Below are positions 45,784 to 55,308 of a DNA stretch of 64,000 bases, piece by piece (position 1 is the stretch's first letter; every line of letters starts with the position of its first letter). Source of the DNA: Dehalococcoidia bacterium. GTDB lineage: Bacteria; Chloroflexota; Dehalococcoidia; DSTF01; JACRBR01. The notes beneath the pieces are model-generated. The model had not been told where the DNA came from. It saw only the letters and a list, made by a program, of their open reading frames with translations, and did no database searches. The DNA is taken from positions 6,773 to 70,772 of the forward strand of contig JBBDXD010000019.1 of assembly GCA_040902535.1 (NCBI GenBank), read 5' to 3'. A program made the translations under genes and the position numbers.

Positions 45784-46974
45784 CTACTTCGAGCTCAGCC
45801 GGTGGCGCGAGACGAAGTTCCGCATACGCTCCATGGCCTGCTCGATCTGGTCGTAGCTCTGCGCGTAGCAGATGCGCACGTGGCCGGCGCCGCCCTCCCC
45901 GAACGCCGAGCCGGGGATGACGGCGACGCGTTCTTCCATCAGCAGGCGTTCGGCGAAGGTCTCGTCGTTCATGCCGGTGCCGCCGATCTTCGGGAAGGCG
46001 TAGAAGGCGCCGTGGGGCTCGGCGCACGGCAGGCCCATGGCGTTGAGCGCGTTCACGACGAGTTTGCGGCGGCGATCGTACTCGCTGACCATGCCGCGCA
46101 CGTCTTCTTCGCCGTGATTGAGCGCCTGCAGCGCCGCGAACTGTGCCGGCGTCGGCGCCGACATCATGACGTACTGGTGTACCTTCATCATCGCTTCGGT
46201 CAGTTCGTTGCGCGCGCAGGTGTACGCCAGGCGCCAGCCCGTCATGGCGTACGCCTTCGAGAAGCCGCCGAGCAGGATCGTCCGCTCACGCATGCCCGGC
46301 AACGACGAGAAGCACACGTGCTCGGTCTCGTAGACGAGGCGGTCGTAGATCTCGTCGGAGATCACGAACAGGTTGTGCCGCTCGACGATCTCGGCGATCC
46401 GCAGCATGACGTCGCGCGAGAGCACGGCGCCCGTAGGATTCGCCGGGTAGCCGATGAGCAGCGCCTTCGTGCGCGGCGTGATGCGCTGCTCCAATTCGGA
46501 CGGGTGCAGCGTGAAGCCGTCGGCGGCGTGCGTCGGGACATGCGTGTACGTGCCCCCGGCGATCTGGACGCACGGCAGGTATGCGACGTAACCGGGATCG
46601 GGGCTCAGCACCTCGTCGCCGGGGTCGATGATCGCTTCCAGCGCGATGTTCAGCGCCTCGCTGACGCCGGCCGTCACGATGATCTCGGTGCCGGGGTCGT
46701 AGCGGACGCCGTACAGGCGAGAGAGGTGGCGCGAGATCGCCTGCCGCAGCGCGACGATGCCGTAGTTCGACGTGTAGTACGTCTCGCCGTCCTCGATCGA
46801 CTTGATCGCTGCCCGCCGGATGTGGTCCGGCGTGACGAAGTCGGGCTGGCCGACGCCGAGTGAAATGACGCCGTCCATGCTGGCCAGGAGGTCAAAGAAG
46901 CGTCGAATGCCGGACGAGGGAATCGCCTGGACGTGCTGGGAGATGTTTCCCCGGTGGGTGACGCCTTCGTGCAT
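45784..46974 (-). CDS. class I/II PLP-dependent aminotransferase
   Basis: PLP-lysine context SFSKAYAMTGWRLAY, N/R residues; 396 aa. Confidence 0.85.
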   Translation of the reverse strand: MHEGVTHRGNISQHVQAIPSSGIRRFFDLLASMDGVISLGVGQPDFVTPDHIRRAAIKSIEDGETYYTSNYGIVALRQAISRHLSRLYGVRYDPGTEIIVTAGVSEALNIALEAIIDPGDEVLSPDPGYVAYLPCVQIAGGTYTHVPTHAADGFTLHPSELEQRITPRTKALLIGYPANPTGAVLSRDVMLRIAEIVERHNLFVISDEIYDRLVYETEHVCFSSLPGMRERTILLGGFSKAYAMTGWRLAYTCARNELTEAMMKVHQYVMMSAPTPAQFAALQALNHGEEDVRGMVSEYDRRRKLVVNALNAMGLPCAEPHGAFYAFPKIGGTGMNDETFAERLLMEERVAVIPGSAFGEGGAGHVRICYAQSYDQIEQAMERMRNFVSRHRLSSK

Positions 46975-46986
46975 GCGCTCAGGCCG

Positions 46987-47307
46987 TCAGGCCCGGTCCT
47001 TCCTCCTGGCGGCTCGATGTGGCGCCGGCGCAAAGGGGATGCCGGACCAGAGATCGAGTTCCGGCACATAATACAACAGCAACAGCGAACCATCCTGAAG
47101 CCGCACGCGGAAGCCGATCCGCTCCTCTTCGCGCCACGCGGCGAGCACTTCTTCGACGCTCAGGCGCTGCCCTTCGCGCAGCACCCATTCGGGGCGCTCC
47201 GGGTACGACGCGCCCGCGTAGGCGCCGACTTCGACGGCGAACGCACGCAGGCCCGCTTCTTCGCCGTTGTCGATGGGTGGAGCGCCCTGCGCGCCGCGAT
47301 CCGTCAT
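46987..47307 (-). CDS. hypothetical protein
   Basis: 106 aa, 4-bp overlap (ATGA) with upstream DHFR-like gene suggests operon. Confidence 0.45.
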   Translation of the reverse strand: MTDRGAQGAPPIDNGEEAGLRAFAVEVGAYAGASYPERPEWVLREGQRLSVEEVLAAWREEERIGFRVRLQDGSLLLLYYVPELDLWSGIPFAPAPHRAARRKDRA

Positions 47308-47840
47308 CCCTTCGGGCCGTATTTGAGCACGACGATGCCGGTGCTGAAGGTGGTCGTGTCCTTGAGTGTCAGGTGCGTGGTGTCGATCCCTTCGAACAGG
47401 CGCTGACCGCCCCCGACGGCGACGGGAAACAGCCAGAAGTGAAACTCATCTACCAGGTTGTGTTCCATCGGCGCGCGGTCGAACACGCCCGTGCCGAACT
47501 TCAGCAGATTCTTCCCCGGCCGCTCCTTGAGCGTTGCGACCTCGCCCGCCACGTCACCGCCGATGATGCTGGCATTCCACGTGGCGTCCTTCAGCGTGTT
47601 CGACGCCACGTACTTCGGCATGGCGTTCATCTTGTCCGCCATTTCGTCGCCGCTGCGCGATGGCCACGCCTGCGCAAAGACCTCGTACGTCACGCGCCCG
47701 AGCAGCAGCGCATCCGCATCGAAGAGCAGGCCGCGCGCGTAGTTCGCGTGCTCGTCGTTCCAGTACGGCGGCCCCCATTCCTGAGGTGAGCCAATCACGC
47801 CGTCGAGGGTCACGAACGTCGATTCAACCAGTTTTCGCAC
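47304..47840 (-). CDS. dihydrofolate-reductase-like (RibD C-terminal domain) family protein
   Basis: FVTLDGVIGSPQEW...LLLGRVTYE...LLKFGTG. Confidence 0.8.
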   Translation of the reverse strand: MRKLVESTFVTLDGVIGSPQEWGPPYWNDEHANYARGLLFDADALLLGRVTYEVFAQAWPSRSGDEMADKMNAMPKYVASNTLKDATWNASIIGGDVAGEVATLKERPGKNLLKFGTGVFDRAPMEHNLVDEFHFWLFPVAVGGGQRLFEGIDTTHLTLKDTTTFSTGIVVLKYGPKG

Positions 47841-47907
47841 TTCAGGGCTCCTTCATCCGTTGCAAACACCGCGGCTGTCCTTGCATCCCCAACGCCGACA
47901 ACATCCG

Positions 47908-48207
47908 TTACGCGTTGGCGATCGTGTATGCCCCGTCATCGATGCGCACTTCGACGATAGATCCCCGCTCGAAGTCCATGCGGTCGCGGAAGTGGTTCGC
48001 CTCGAGATGATAGTGCTGGTGCGGCGGCGGCACGCAGTCGCAATCTTCGGCGACGATGCGCGTGAGAAAGCGCGCGCCGCCGACGCTCACCGCGAATTCG
48101 CGCATGGGCGGCGGAAAGCGGTGCCAGCGGGACTTCTCGATCAGGATGCTGCCGGTGGCGGCGTCTTCCGCCGAGAGATTGCGCCGGTACGTAATCGTCG
48201 GGGCCAC
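47908..48207 (-). CDS. hypothetical protein
   Basis: 99-aa ORF with non-biased composition; competing antisense ORF is Arg-rich. Confidence 0.3.
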   Translation of the reverse strand: MAPTITYRRNLSAEDAATGSILIEKSRWHRFPPPMREFAVSVGGARFLTRIVAEDCDCVPPPHQHYHLEANHFRDRMDFERGSIVEVRIDDGAYTIANA

Positions 48208-48280
48208 GCCGCAGTATAGGCGGACGCGAAGACGGACGGCCGTGATGGCCGCCCGTCTCTACGGAGGTGAGGCCTCTGCG

Positions 48281-48832
48281 TTACGGCTCTGCGACGAACC
48301 AGACGCCGGCGACTTCGTGGCCGTTGGTGTCCCCCGGCGCGGTATCGCTGGCGAAGTAGTACAGCGGCATGCCGTCATACGTCACCTGCGTCGTGCCGTC
48401 CGTGCGCTCGATCGTGGCGATCTCGCCGTCGACGCCTTCGCCTGCCGTCGCATCCCCATCGACGGTGAGCGCCGGCCACAATGTAGCGCAGTTGTCGTAG
48501 CAGGCGCTCTCGCCGCTGCCCGCCGTGTCGGTCGTGAACGTGTACAGCGTGAGGCCGTCCGGCCCGACGAGGATCGTGCCGAGTTCGGCATCCTCCGCCG
48601 TGGACAGCGTCTCGTCGCCGCCGGCTGCGGGCGCCGTCGCATCGTCCGCCGGCTCTGTCGGTTCGTCGGCCGGTTCCGTCGCGGTCGTGGCCGGCGTGTT
48701 CGCGGCGGGCGTGGTGCCGCCGTTGTCGTCATCATCGTCGTCGCCGCACGCCGCGGCGAAGATCGCCCCGATCGCGAGCACGGCGACGGCCAGCATGGCG
48801 ATCCATCGCCAGTTGTTATGTTGTGTCATCCA
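48281..48832 (-). CDS. lipoprotein with acidic linker and YHYH-like C-terminal domain
   Basis: GAGGAGG RBS; MTQHNNWRWIAMLAVAVLAIGAIFAAACGDDDDDDNGG lipobox; start at internal M preferred. Confidence 0.5.
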   Translation of the reverse strand, partial: WMTQHNNWRWIAMLAVAVLAIGAIFAAACGDDDDDDNGGTTPAANTPATTATEPADEPTEPADDATAPAAGGDETLSTAEDAELGTILVGPDGLTLYTFTTDTAGSGESACYDNCATLWPALTVDGDATAGEGVDGEIATIERTDGTTQVTYDGMPLYYFASDTAPGDTNGHEVAGVWFVAEP

Positions 48833-48979
48833 TTCCTCCTCGGTACTCAACCTCTGTGGTCTCTCCAACCACAAAGGTACGGCTGCTATCGCTATGTGGA
48901 TGTTTCGGGATGGTAACGGCGCGTCGCCCACGGCGTGGCGCACCGCAACGCGACCTTTCAAATTCGCGTACACATTGAA

Positions 48980-50440
48980 TTACAACGCTGGACGCTGATG
49001 CCGCCACTCCGTCGTCTGCTCGTAGGCATACGCTGCGCAGAGCACTGTCGCTTCGTCGAACGGCCTGCCGATGATCTGGAGGCCGACCGGCAGCCCATCG
49101 ACGAATCCCGCCGGCACCGACACGCCCGGCAGGCCGGCGATATTTACCGGCAGCGTGAAGACGTCGTTGAGATACATGGCGTACGGGTCTGCCGTCTTCT
49201 CGCCGATCTTGAAGGCCGGCGTCGGCGTCACCGGCGCGGCGATCACGTCGTACCTTTCGAACGCGGCATCAAATTCGCGCCGGATCACGGTGCGCACCTT
49301 TTGCGCTTTCAGGTAGTACGCATCGTAGTAGCCCGACGACAGCGTGTACGTGCCGATCATAATGCGGCGTTTTACTTCGGCCCCGAAACCGAGTCCGCGT
49401 GTCTTCTCCATGTTCTCCCACATCGTCGCTCCCTGTTGATATGAGAGTCCGTACTTCACGCCGTCGTATCGGGCGAGGTTCGCCGAAGCCTCGCTCGGCG
49501 CGATGATGTAGTAAACGGCGAGCGCCGCCTCCGTGCTCGGAAGCGCCAGGTCGCGGTCGATCTCCGCGCCCTGCGCCTGCAGCGCCGCCAACGCGTCTTC
49601 GATGCGCGCGCGCACGCCGGCATCGAGCGTGTCCGGCATGTACTCCTTGGGCACGCCGACGCGCAGTCCTCGCACGCCCTTCTTGAGGTCCGCGGTAAAG
49701 TCCGGCGTCTCCACCGGCGCCGACGTGGAGTCGCACGGATCGTGGCCGCAGATCGCATTGAGCACGATCGCGCAGTCCCGCACGTCGCGCGTGAACGGGC
49801 CGATCTGGTCGAGCGAGCTCGCGAACGCGACGAGGCCGTAGCGGCTGACGCGGCCGTACGTCGGCTTCATGCCGACGACGCCGCACAGCGCGGCCGGCTG
49901 GCGGATGCTGCCGCCGGTGTCGGAGCCGAGCGCATAGATCGCTTCGCCCGCTGCGACGGCCGCCGCACTGCCGCCCGATGAGCCGCCGGGCACGCGGTCG
50001 AGGTCCCAGGGGTTGCGCGTCGGGAAGAACGCGGAGTTTTCGGTCGACGAGCCCATCGCGAACTCGTCCATGTTCGTCTTGCCGGCCATCACGGCGCCGG
50101 CGTCGAACAGGCGGCGGACGACGGTGCCGTCGTACGGCGGCACGAAGTTCTCGAGCATCTTCGAGCCGCACGTCGTCGCGACGCCCTTCGTCACCATCAG
50201 GTCCTTGATCGCGACGGGCACGCCCAGCAGCGCACTCCGTTCACCCTTCGCGAGCCGCGCGTCGGCGGCATCAGCCTGCGCCAGCGCAAACTCCGGCGTC
50301 GCGCGGATGTACGCGCGCACCTTCTCGTCTACCGTATCGATGCGGTCAAGCACGCCCTGCGTCAGTTCGCGCGAAGAGACTTCGCGCGCGGCGAGCTTCT
50401 CCGCCGACTCGTGGATCGTGAGCCAGTGCAGGTCGGGCAT
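48980..50440 (-). CDS. gatA: Asp-tRNA(Asn)/Glu-tRNA(Gln) amidotransferase subunit A
   Basis: Amidase signature [14 protein letters not shown], Ser-cisSer-Lys triad context. Confidence 0.9.
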   Translation of the reverse strand: MPDLHWLTIHESAEKLAAREVSSRELTQGVLDRIDTVDEKVRAYIRATPEFALAQADAADARLAKGERSALLGVPVAIKDLMVTKGVATTCGSKMLENFVPPYDGTVVRRLFDAGAVMAGKTNMDEFAMGSSTENSAFFPTRNPWDLDRVPGGSSGGSAAAVAAGEAIYALGSDTGGSIRQPAALCGVVGMKPTYGRVSRYGLVAFASSLDQIGPFTRDVRDCAIVLNAICGHDPCDSTSAPVETPDFTADLKKGVRGLRVGVPKEYMPDTLDAGVRARIEDALAALQAQGAEIDRDLALPSTEAALAVYYIIAPSEASANLARYDGVKYGLSYQQGATMWENMEKTRGLGFGAEVKRRIMIGTYTLSSGYYDAYYLKAQKVRTVIRREFDAAFERYDVIAAPVTPTPAFKIGEKTADPYAMYLNDVFTLPVNIAGLPGVSVPAGFVDGLPVGLQIIGRPFDEATVLCAAYAYEQTTEWRHQRPAL

Positions 50441-50727
50441 TACTCGAGCACCGCCCTGACGCGCAGGTAGCCGTCCTCGACGTTCGGCGCCATCTCCAGC
50501 ACCTCGTCCTGCGTCAGCGACGGCCGCGAAGCGTCAGCGGCGAGCACGTTGCGCAGCGGCAGCGTGTGCGCTGTCGGCTCAACGCCGTCGGTGTCGACCG
50601 CGTTCAGCACATCGAAGTGACCGATGATCTCCGAAAGCTGGCTCGCGTACGTCTCGATCTCGTCGTCCGTGAGGTCGATGCGGGCGAGGCGCGCGATGTG
50701 CTGGACGGATGCGCGGTCGAGTTTCAT
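50440..50727 (-). CDS. gatC: Asp-tRNA(Asn)/Glu-tRNA(Gln) amidotransferase subunit C
   Basis: 95 aa [23 protein letters not shown]...; stop/start overlap with gatA. Confidence 0.85.
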   Translation of the reverse strand: MKLDRASVQHIARLARIDLTDDEIETYASQLSEIIGHFDVLNAVDTDGVEPTAHTLPLRNVLAADASRPSLTQDEVLEMAPNVEDGYLRVRAVLE

Positions 50728-50840
50728 CGGCGACAGCGTAGCGCATGGCCCGGATTCGGGCAGCCGCGGCAAGTTAACCAAACAGCATCGCCCGGTGTTC
50801 TATCAGCACAGCGATCCGATGCGAAAGGGACGTAACTGTC

Positions 50841-51941
50841 ATGGGGATCTCACTCGTTGCACTCGGGTGCGCGGCGCTGCTGCTGCTGGCGGTGTCCACG
50901 GCGCACGCCGGCGAAGAGACGCCGTCTCCGCTGCCGACGATGATCCCGGTCGCGGAGGGGGAAATTCGCCTGCGCGTCGTCAACGATGCGAATGGCGATG
51001 GCCTGGCGCAGGTAGACGAAATTGGCATCAGCGGCGTCGACATCATCGGCGGCTGCAGCGACGCGCTGTCTCTCTATACCACGGGCGACGGCGGATACGT
51101 AACGGTGTCGGCGAGCGTGAGGTGCTTCAGCCTCGAGCGCGCGTTCGGCTGGTTGCCGACAACGCCGGCGCGTATCGAAGTCGACGCAGCGCAGATCGAT
51201 CGAGACTTCCCTGTCTTGTTCCTGATCCACGACCTCGGGACAACCGTCATGGAACTGCACGGCGAAGTGATCGTGGATGGACTCCCGGGCGACCCCGCGG
51301 GCCTCGGCCAGCAAGCGCCGCCGTTCAGCGGCGCGGCAGGGTGCGTTGAGCGAGCGGACGATCCGTTCGCGCCGTCGGTGCTGATCGTCGTCGGCGCCGA
51401 CCAACGCACGGGCTGTCCGACGGGAGGGTCGTCGTTTGGCATTGTGCTGAACGGCGAGACGATCGCGAGGAGGTTCGCATTCGCCCCCGCACACACGCTG
51501 GTGACGACCTTCGTCCTCGGCCCCGACTCGATGCGATTCTTCGCGATAGACGTCGACGCGGCGGCGGTGATCGATGCGGGCGGATATGGTGTAAAGGCAC
51601 CATCTGAGGCCGCCAGGGCATCTGTTACCATAGTCTGCGGCAGGGGTACTGGAAGGATCTATGGTCAACGCGCCCGACAGGGCGGAAGTAGCCCTCGGGA
51701 ACCCGAGTTTCGTGTGGCGGTTCGGTCAGGACCGCCGGCTCAATCTCATCCGCCACTACGCACCGCTCGAAAACGCGCGCATCCTGGACATCGGCTGCGG
51801 GCTCGGCGTCTACGTGCGGAAGTTCCGCGAGTTCAGCGACCGCGTCTGCGGCATCGACATCGATGCCAAGCGCCTGCGCGAAGGGGCCCGCACGACGCCG
51901 GGGCTGATGCTGGCGGTCGGCGAACACCTGCCGTTCCGTGA
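50841..51941 (+). CDS. secreted hypothetical protein (3' end uncertain; frame stays open 280 bp into next gene)
   Basis: Signal peptide MGISLVALGCAALLLLAVSTAHA; plausible sequence to ~51660 then Arg-rich tail overlapping MTase gene. Confidence 0.4.
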   Translation: MGISLVALGCAALLLLAVSTAHAGEETPSPLPTMIPVAEGEIRLRVVNDANGDGLAQVDEIGISGVDIIGGCSDALSLYTTGDGGYVTVSASVRCFSLERAFGWLPTTPARIEVDAAQIDRDFPVLFLIHDLGTTVMELHGEVIVDGLPGDPAGLGQQAPPFSGAAGCVERADDPFAPSVLIVVGADQRTGCPTGGSSFGIVLNGETIARRFAFAPAHTLVTTFVLGPDSMRFFAIDVDAAAVIDAGGYGVKAPSEAARASVTIVCGRGTGRIYGQRARQGGSSPREPEFRVAVRSGPPAQSHPPLRTARKRAHPGHRLRARRLRAEVPRVQRPRLRHRHRCQAPARRGPHDAGADAGGRRTPAVP

Positions 51942-52410
51942 CGGCGCCTTCGACGTCGTGGTGCTGAACGAGGTGATCGAACACGTGAACGATGACGCCG
52001 CGACGATGCGGGAGGCGCTCCGGATCCTGGGGCCCGGCGGCCGCGTCGTCGTGTACGCGCCGAACAGGCTTTACCCGTTCGAGACGCACGGCATCTATAT
52101 CGGGGAGAAGTTCATTTTCGGGAACATTCCGCTGATCAACTGGCTCCCGGACCCGCTGCGCAACCGGCTGGTGCCGCACGCGCGCGCCTACACGAAGGGC
52201 GGCATTCGCAAGACGTATCGCGGCCTCGGCGCGCGCGTGCTCGCGGAGACATACGTCTATCCGGGATTCGACAACGTGATCGCGCGGAGGAAGCGCCTGG
52301 GCGGCGTGCTGCGTTCGGTGCTCTACCGCGCGGAGCGGACGCCGCTGAAGATGTTTGGGCTGTCGCACTTCGTGGTGCTGCAAAAGCACGACCAGGCGGC
52401 GGGGAGGTAG
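51661..52410 (+). CDS. class I SAM-dependent methyltransferase (Methyltransf_11-like)
   Basis: ILDIGCGLGVY motif I, VVVLNEVIEHVND, LRPGGRVVV. Confidence 0.75.
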   Translation: MVNAPDRAEVALGNPSFVWRFGQDRRLNLIRHYAPLENARILDIGCGLGVYVRKFREFSDRVCGIDIDAKRLREGARTTPGLMLAVGEHLPFRDGAFDVVVLNEVIEHVNDDAATMREALRILGPGGRVVVYAPNRLYPFETHGIYIGEKFIFGNIPLINWLPDPLRNRLVPHARAYTKGGIRKTYRGLGARVLAETYVYPGFDNVIARRKRLGGVLRSVLYRAERTPLKMFGLSHFVVLQKHDQAAGR

Positions 52411-52413
52411 GGA

Positions 52414-55254
52414 GTGGCGAAGAACATCGCGACGCGGCGGCTGCTGCGGAGCAGGCTGCGGGGGCAGGACAAGGGCTCGAACCATCGCCCGAGCGCGCCG
52501 CGTTGGGCGCAGCTCTTGATCGCGGCGGCGGGCATCTTCGTCGTCATGTTCGCGATCGCCGGCGCGACGGGCTATGGCGTCTACCGGTCGTACGCGAACG
52601 ACCTGGAACCGCCGGATGAGGTGATCGCGTCGCAGCCTTCGGGCGGTGCGAAAATCTACGACCGCAACGGCAAGCTGCTCTACGAGTACGTCGACGACAA
52701 GTCGGGCCTCCGCTCGCCGGTCAAGCTCGAAGACATCTCGCCCTGGATGATCGCCGCGACAATCTCGACGGAGGACTGGAGCTTCTGGGACAACCGCGGC
52801 GTCAACGAGAAGGGCCTGGCGCGCGCCGCGCTCGAGACGCTCGGCCTGCGCGATTCCGGATCCAGCAACACGACGGGCGGCTCGTCGATCACGCAGCAAC
52901 TCGTCAAGAACATCTACATCCCCGTCGAAGAGCGCTACGAGCGTTCGTACGAGCGCAAGCTCAAGGAGACGATCTACGCCGTCGAGCTGACCAATCGCTA
53001 CTCCAAGGACCAGATCCTGGAGTGGTACCTGAACCAGATTTCGTACGGCGGCTTGTACAACGGCGTCGAGGCCGCTTCGCTCGGTTACTTCGGCAAGCAG
53101 GCGAAGGACTTGAACCTCGCGGAGGCGGCGCTCCTGGCGGGCATTCCCGCCAGCCCCACCGAGTACGACCCGATCAACAACCCGCAGGCGGCGGTCGACC
53201 GGCGCAACCAGGTGCTTCGTCTCATGCACCGCCGCGCGGAAACGACGGAGGAGATCGACGGCCAGAACGTGACGGTCTCCGAGTTCCAGGTGAACGACGA
53301 CGGTACGAAGATCACGGCCAGCGACCCGGCGTTTTATCTCTCGACGATCGCGCCGGTGAACATCGTGCCGCAGCGGTTCCCGGTGCAGGCGCCGCACTGG
53401 GTCTTCGACTACGTCGAGAAAGAGTTGATCCGGTTGTTCGGCCGCGACGCGCTGTACAGCGGCGGCCTGCGCGTCACCACGACGCTCGACCTCGACTTGC
53501 AGCAGAAGGCGCAGGTTGCGCTCGAGACGTGGATCAGCGAGTTCGAAGTCTCCGCCGACGGCCACAACGGCGCGCTCGTCGCCATGGACCCGCGCACGTC
53601 GGAGATCCTGGTGATGGTGGGGTCGCGTGACTACTTCCGCGACGACATCGAGGGGCGCAACAACAACGCGACGTCGTACAACTCACCGGGCTCGACGCTC
53701 AAGCCGTTCGCCTACGCGGGCGCCTTCGAACAGCTCGGCTGGGGCACCGAAACGCCGATCCTCGATACGCCGATCAGCTTCCAGGACGGCGACAAGGTGT
53801 TCACGCCGCGAAACCCCAACGGCGGCTTCGTCGGACAAATCAGCATTCGCAACGCGCTGGGCAACTCGCTGAACATCCCGGCGTTCAAGACGGCGCTCTA
53901 CCTGGGCGTGCCGAACACCGTCGCGGCGTACAAGAAGTTCGGCCTCACCGGCCCCGCCGAAGACGGTGTGACGCCGGCGCCGCTCGATTCGCGCACGCTA
54001 GGGCCGTCGCTGACGATCGGCGGCATCGACATTCGTCTCGTCGACGTGACGTACGCCTACACCGTACTGGCGAACAACGGCGTCATGCGCGGCGTCCCGA
54101 CGACGCTCAACCTGGATGACACCAACCGCAAGCTCGATCCCGTCTCGATCCTGCAGGTGACGCGCGAGATCAGCGGCGACGTGCTCTACCCGACGACGGA
54201 AGATCACCGCGTGAAGGTGCAGGAAGAGCGCGTACTCGACGCCCCGTACGCGTACATGATCAACGACATCCTCTCCGACCCGAACGCGTTCTGCATCACG
54301 TACGGCTGCGGCTCGCTCTCGATCGGGCGGCCGTGGGGTGTGAAGACCGGCACCAGCGAGCCGTTCGAAAACAGCCGCGCGATCGGCGAGACGTGGACCT
54401 ACGGCTACACGCCGGAACTCGTCGCCGGCGTCTGGGCCGGCAACTCCGACAACTCGCCGATGTTCAACATCACGTCGACGTCGATCTCCTACCGGGCGCT
54501 GCGCGACTTCATGGTGGCAGCGCTGGAAGAAGTGCCGGCGAGCGACTTCACGCGGCCACCGGGGCTCAAGGAAGTCGAAGTCTGCATACCTTCGGGCATG
54601 AAGCCCGACGCCGACTGCGCGCGAAAGGTCAAGACGCTGCTGCCCGACGCGAAGGCGCCGAAGGACGATGACGACTGGTGGCGCCGCGCGAAGATCGACA
54701 TCCGCGACGGCCTGCTGGCGACGGAACTGACGCCGCCGCAGTTCGTGCAGGAGCGCTTCGGGATCGTGATCCCGGACGGTCTCTCGGAGTTCGCGATGGG
54801 GCAGGCACAGGAATGGGCGCGCAGGCTCGGTGCGGGCTCCGTACCGACGCAGCGCAGCACAGGCGAAGCGCCGGTGCGGATCGTCACGCCGCGCTCCGGC
54901 GAGCGTCTCGATCAAATCGTCGAGATCACCGGGCAGGCGGCTTCGGAGGGGTTCATCGCGTATCGGCTCGAGTTCGGTCTCGGCGATCCGCCCGCCGGAT
55001 GGACGCTGATCATGCGCTCGGAGACGCCGCAACCAGGTGGTGGGCTGGGGCTGTGGAACACGGCGGACCTGCCGGCGGGCGAGTACACGCTGCGCCTCGT
55101 GCTCGAAGATCGCGATCGCGGCGAACTTTCGACGTACGTCGTCGTGCGCGTCGGCAACGCCGGCGACAACGGCGGCGATGATGAAGATGACGACGATGAC
55201 GATGACGACGACGACGGACCGGGGCGAGGGCCGCCGAACCTGCCACGTAACTGA
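52414..55254 (+). CDS. class A penicillin-binding protein (PBP1A family: glycosyltransferase + transpeptidase) with extended C-terminal domain and poly-Asp tail
   Basis: N-terminal TM; GT51 motifs (EDWSFWDNRG, GGSSITQQLVKN); transpeptidase SxxK (STLKP), SxN, KTG(T); C-terminal DDEDDDDDDDDDDGPGRGP. Confidence 0.9.
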   Translation: MAKNIATRRLLRSRLRGQDKGSNHRPSAPRWAQLLIAAAGIFVVMFAIAGATGYGVYRSYANDLEPPDEVIASQPSGGAKIYDRNGKLLYEYVDDKSGLRSPVKLEDISPWMIAATISTEDWSFWDNRGVNEKGLARAALETLGLRDSGSSNTTGGSSITQQLVKNIYIPVEERYERSYERKLKETIYAVELTNRYSKDQILEWYLNQISYGGLYNGVEAASLGYFGKQAKDLNLAEAALLAGIPASPTEYDPINNPQAAVDRRNQVLRLMHRRAETTEEIDGQNVTVSEFQVNDDGTKITASDPAFYLSTIAPVNIVPQRFPVQAPHWVFDYVEKELIRLFGRDALYSGGLRVTTTLDLDLQQKAQVALETWISEFEVSADGHNGALVAMDPRTSEILVMVGSRDYFRDDIEGRNNNATSYNSPGSTLKPFAYAGAFEQLGWGTETPILDTPISFQDGDKVFTPRNPNGGFVGQISIRNALGNSLNIPAFKTALYLGVPNTVAAYKKFGLTGPAEDGVTPAPLDSRTLGPSLTIGGIDIRLVDVTYAYTVLANNGVMRGVPTTLNLDDTNRKLDPVSILQVTREISGDVLYPTTEDHRVKVQEERVLDAPYAYMINDILSDPNAFCITYGCGSLSIGRPWGVKTGTSEPFENSRAIGETWTYGYTPELVAGVWAGNSDNSPMFNITSTSISYRALRDFMVAALEEVPASDFTRPPGLKEVEVCIPSGMKPDADCARKVKTLLPDAKAPKDDDDWWRRAKIDIRDGLLATELTPPQFVQERFGIVIPDGLSEFAMGQAQEWARRLGAGSVPTQRSTGEAPVRIVTPRSGERLDQIVEITGQAASEGFIAYRLEFGLGDPPAGWTLIMRSETPQPGGGLGLWNTADLPAGEYTLRLVLEDRDRGELSTYVVVRVGNAGDNGGDDEDDDDDDDDDDGPGRGPPNLPRN

Positions 55255-55308
55255 TGTTCCAAGGACGGCGCGTGTACACGCGCCGTTCTTGCTTTACGGT
55301 TGCCGCGA

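Noticed and set aside
45476-45856. 126-aa plus-strand ORF with signal-peptide-like N-terminus
   Set aside because: Its last 72 bp are antisense to the aminotransferase gene and the C-terminal third is low-complexity; could be real but evidence insufficient.
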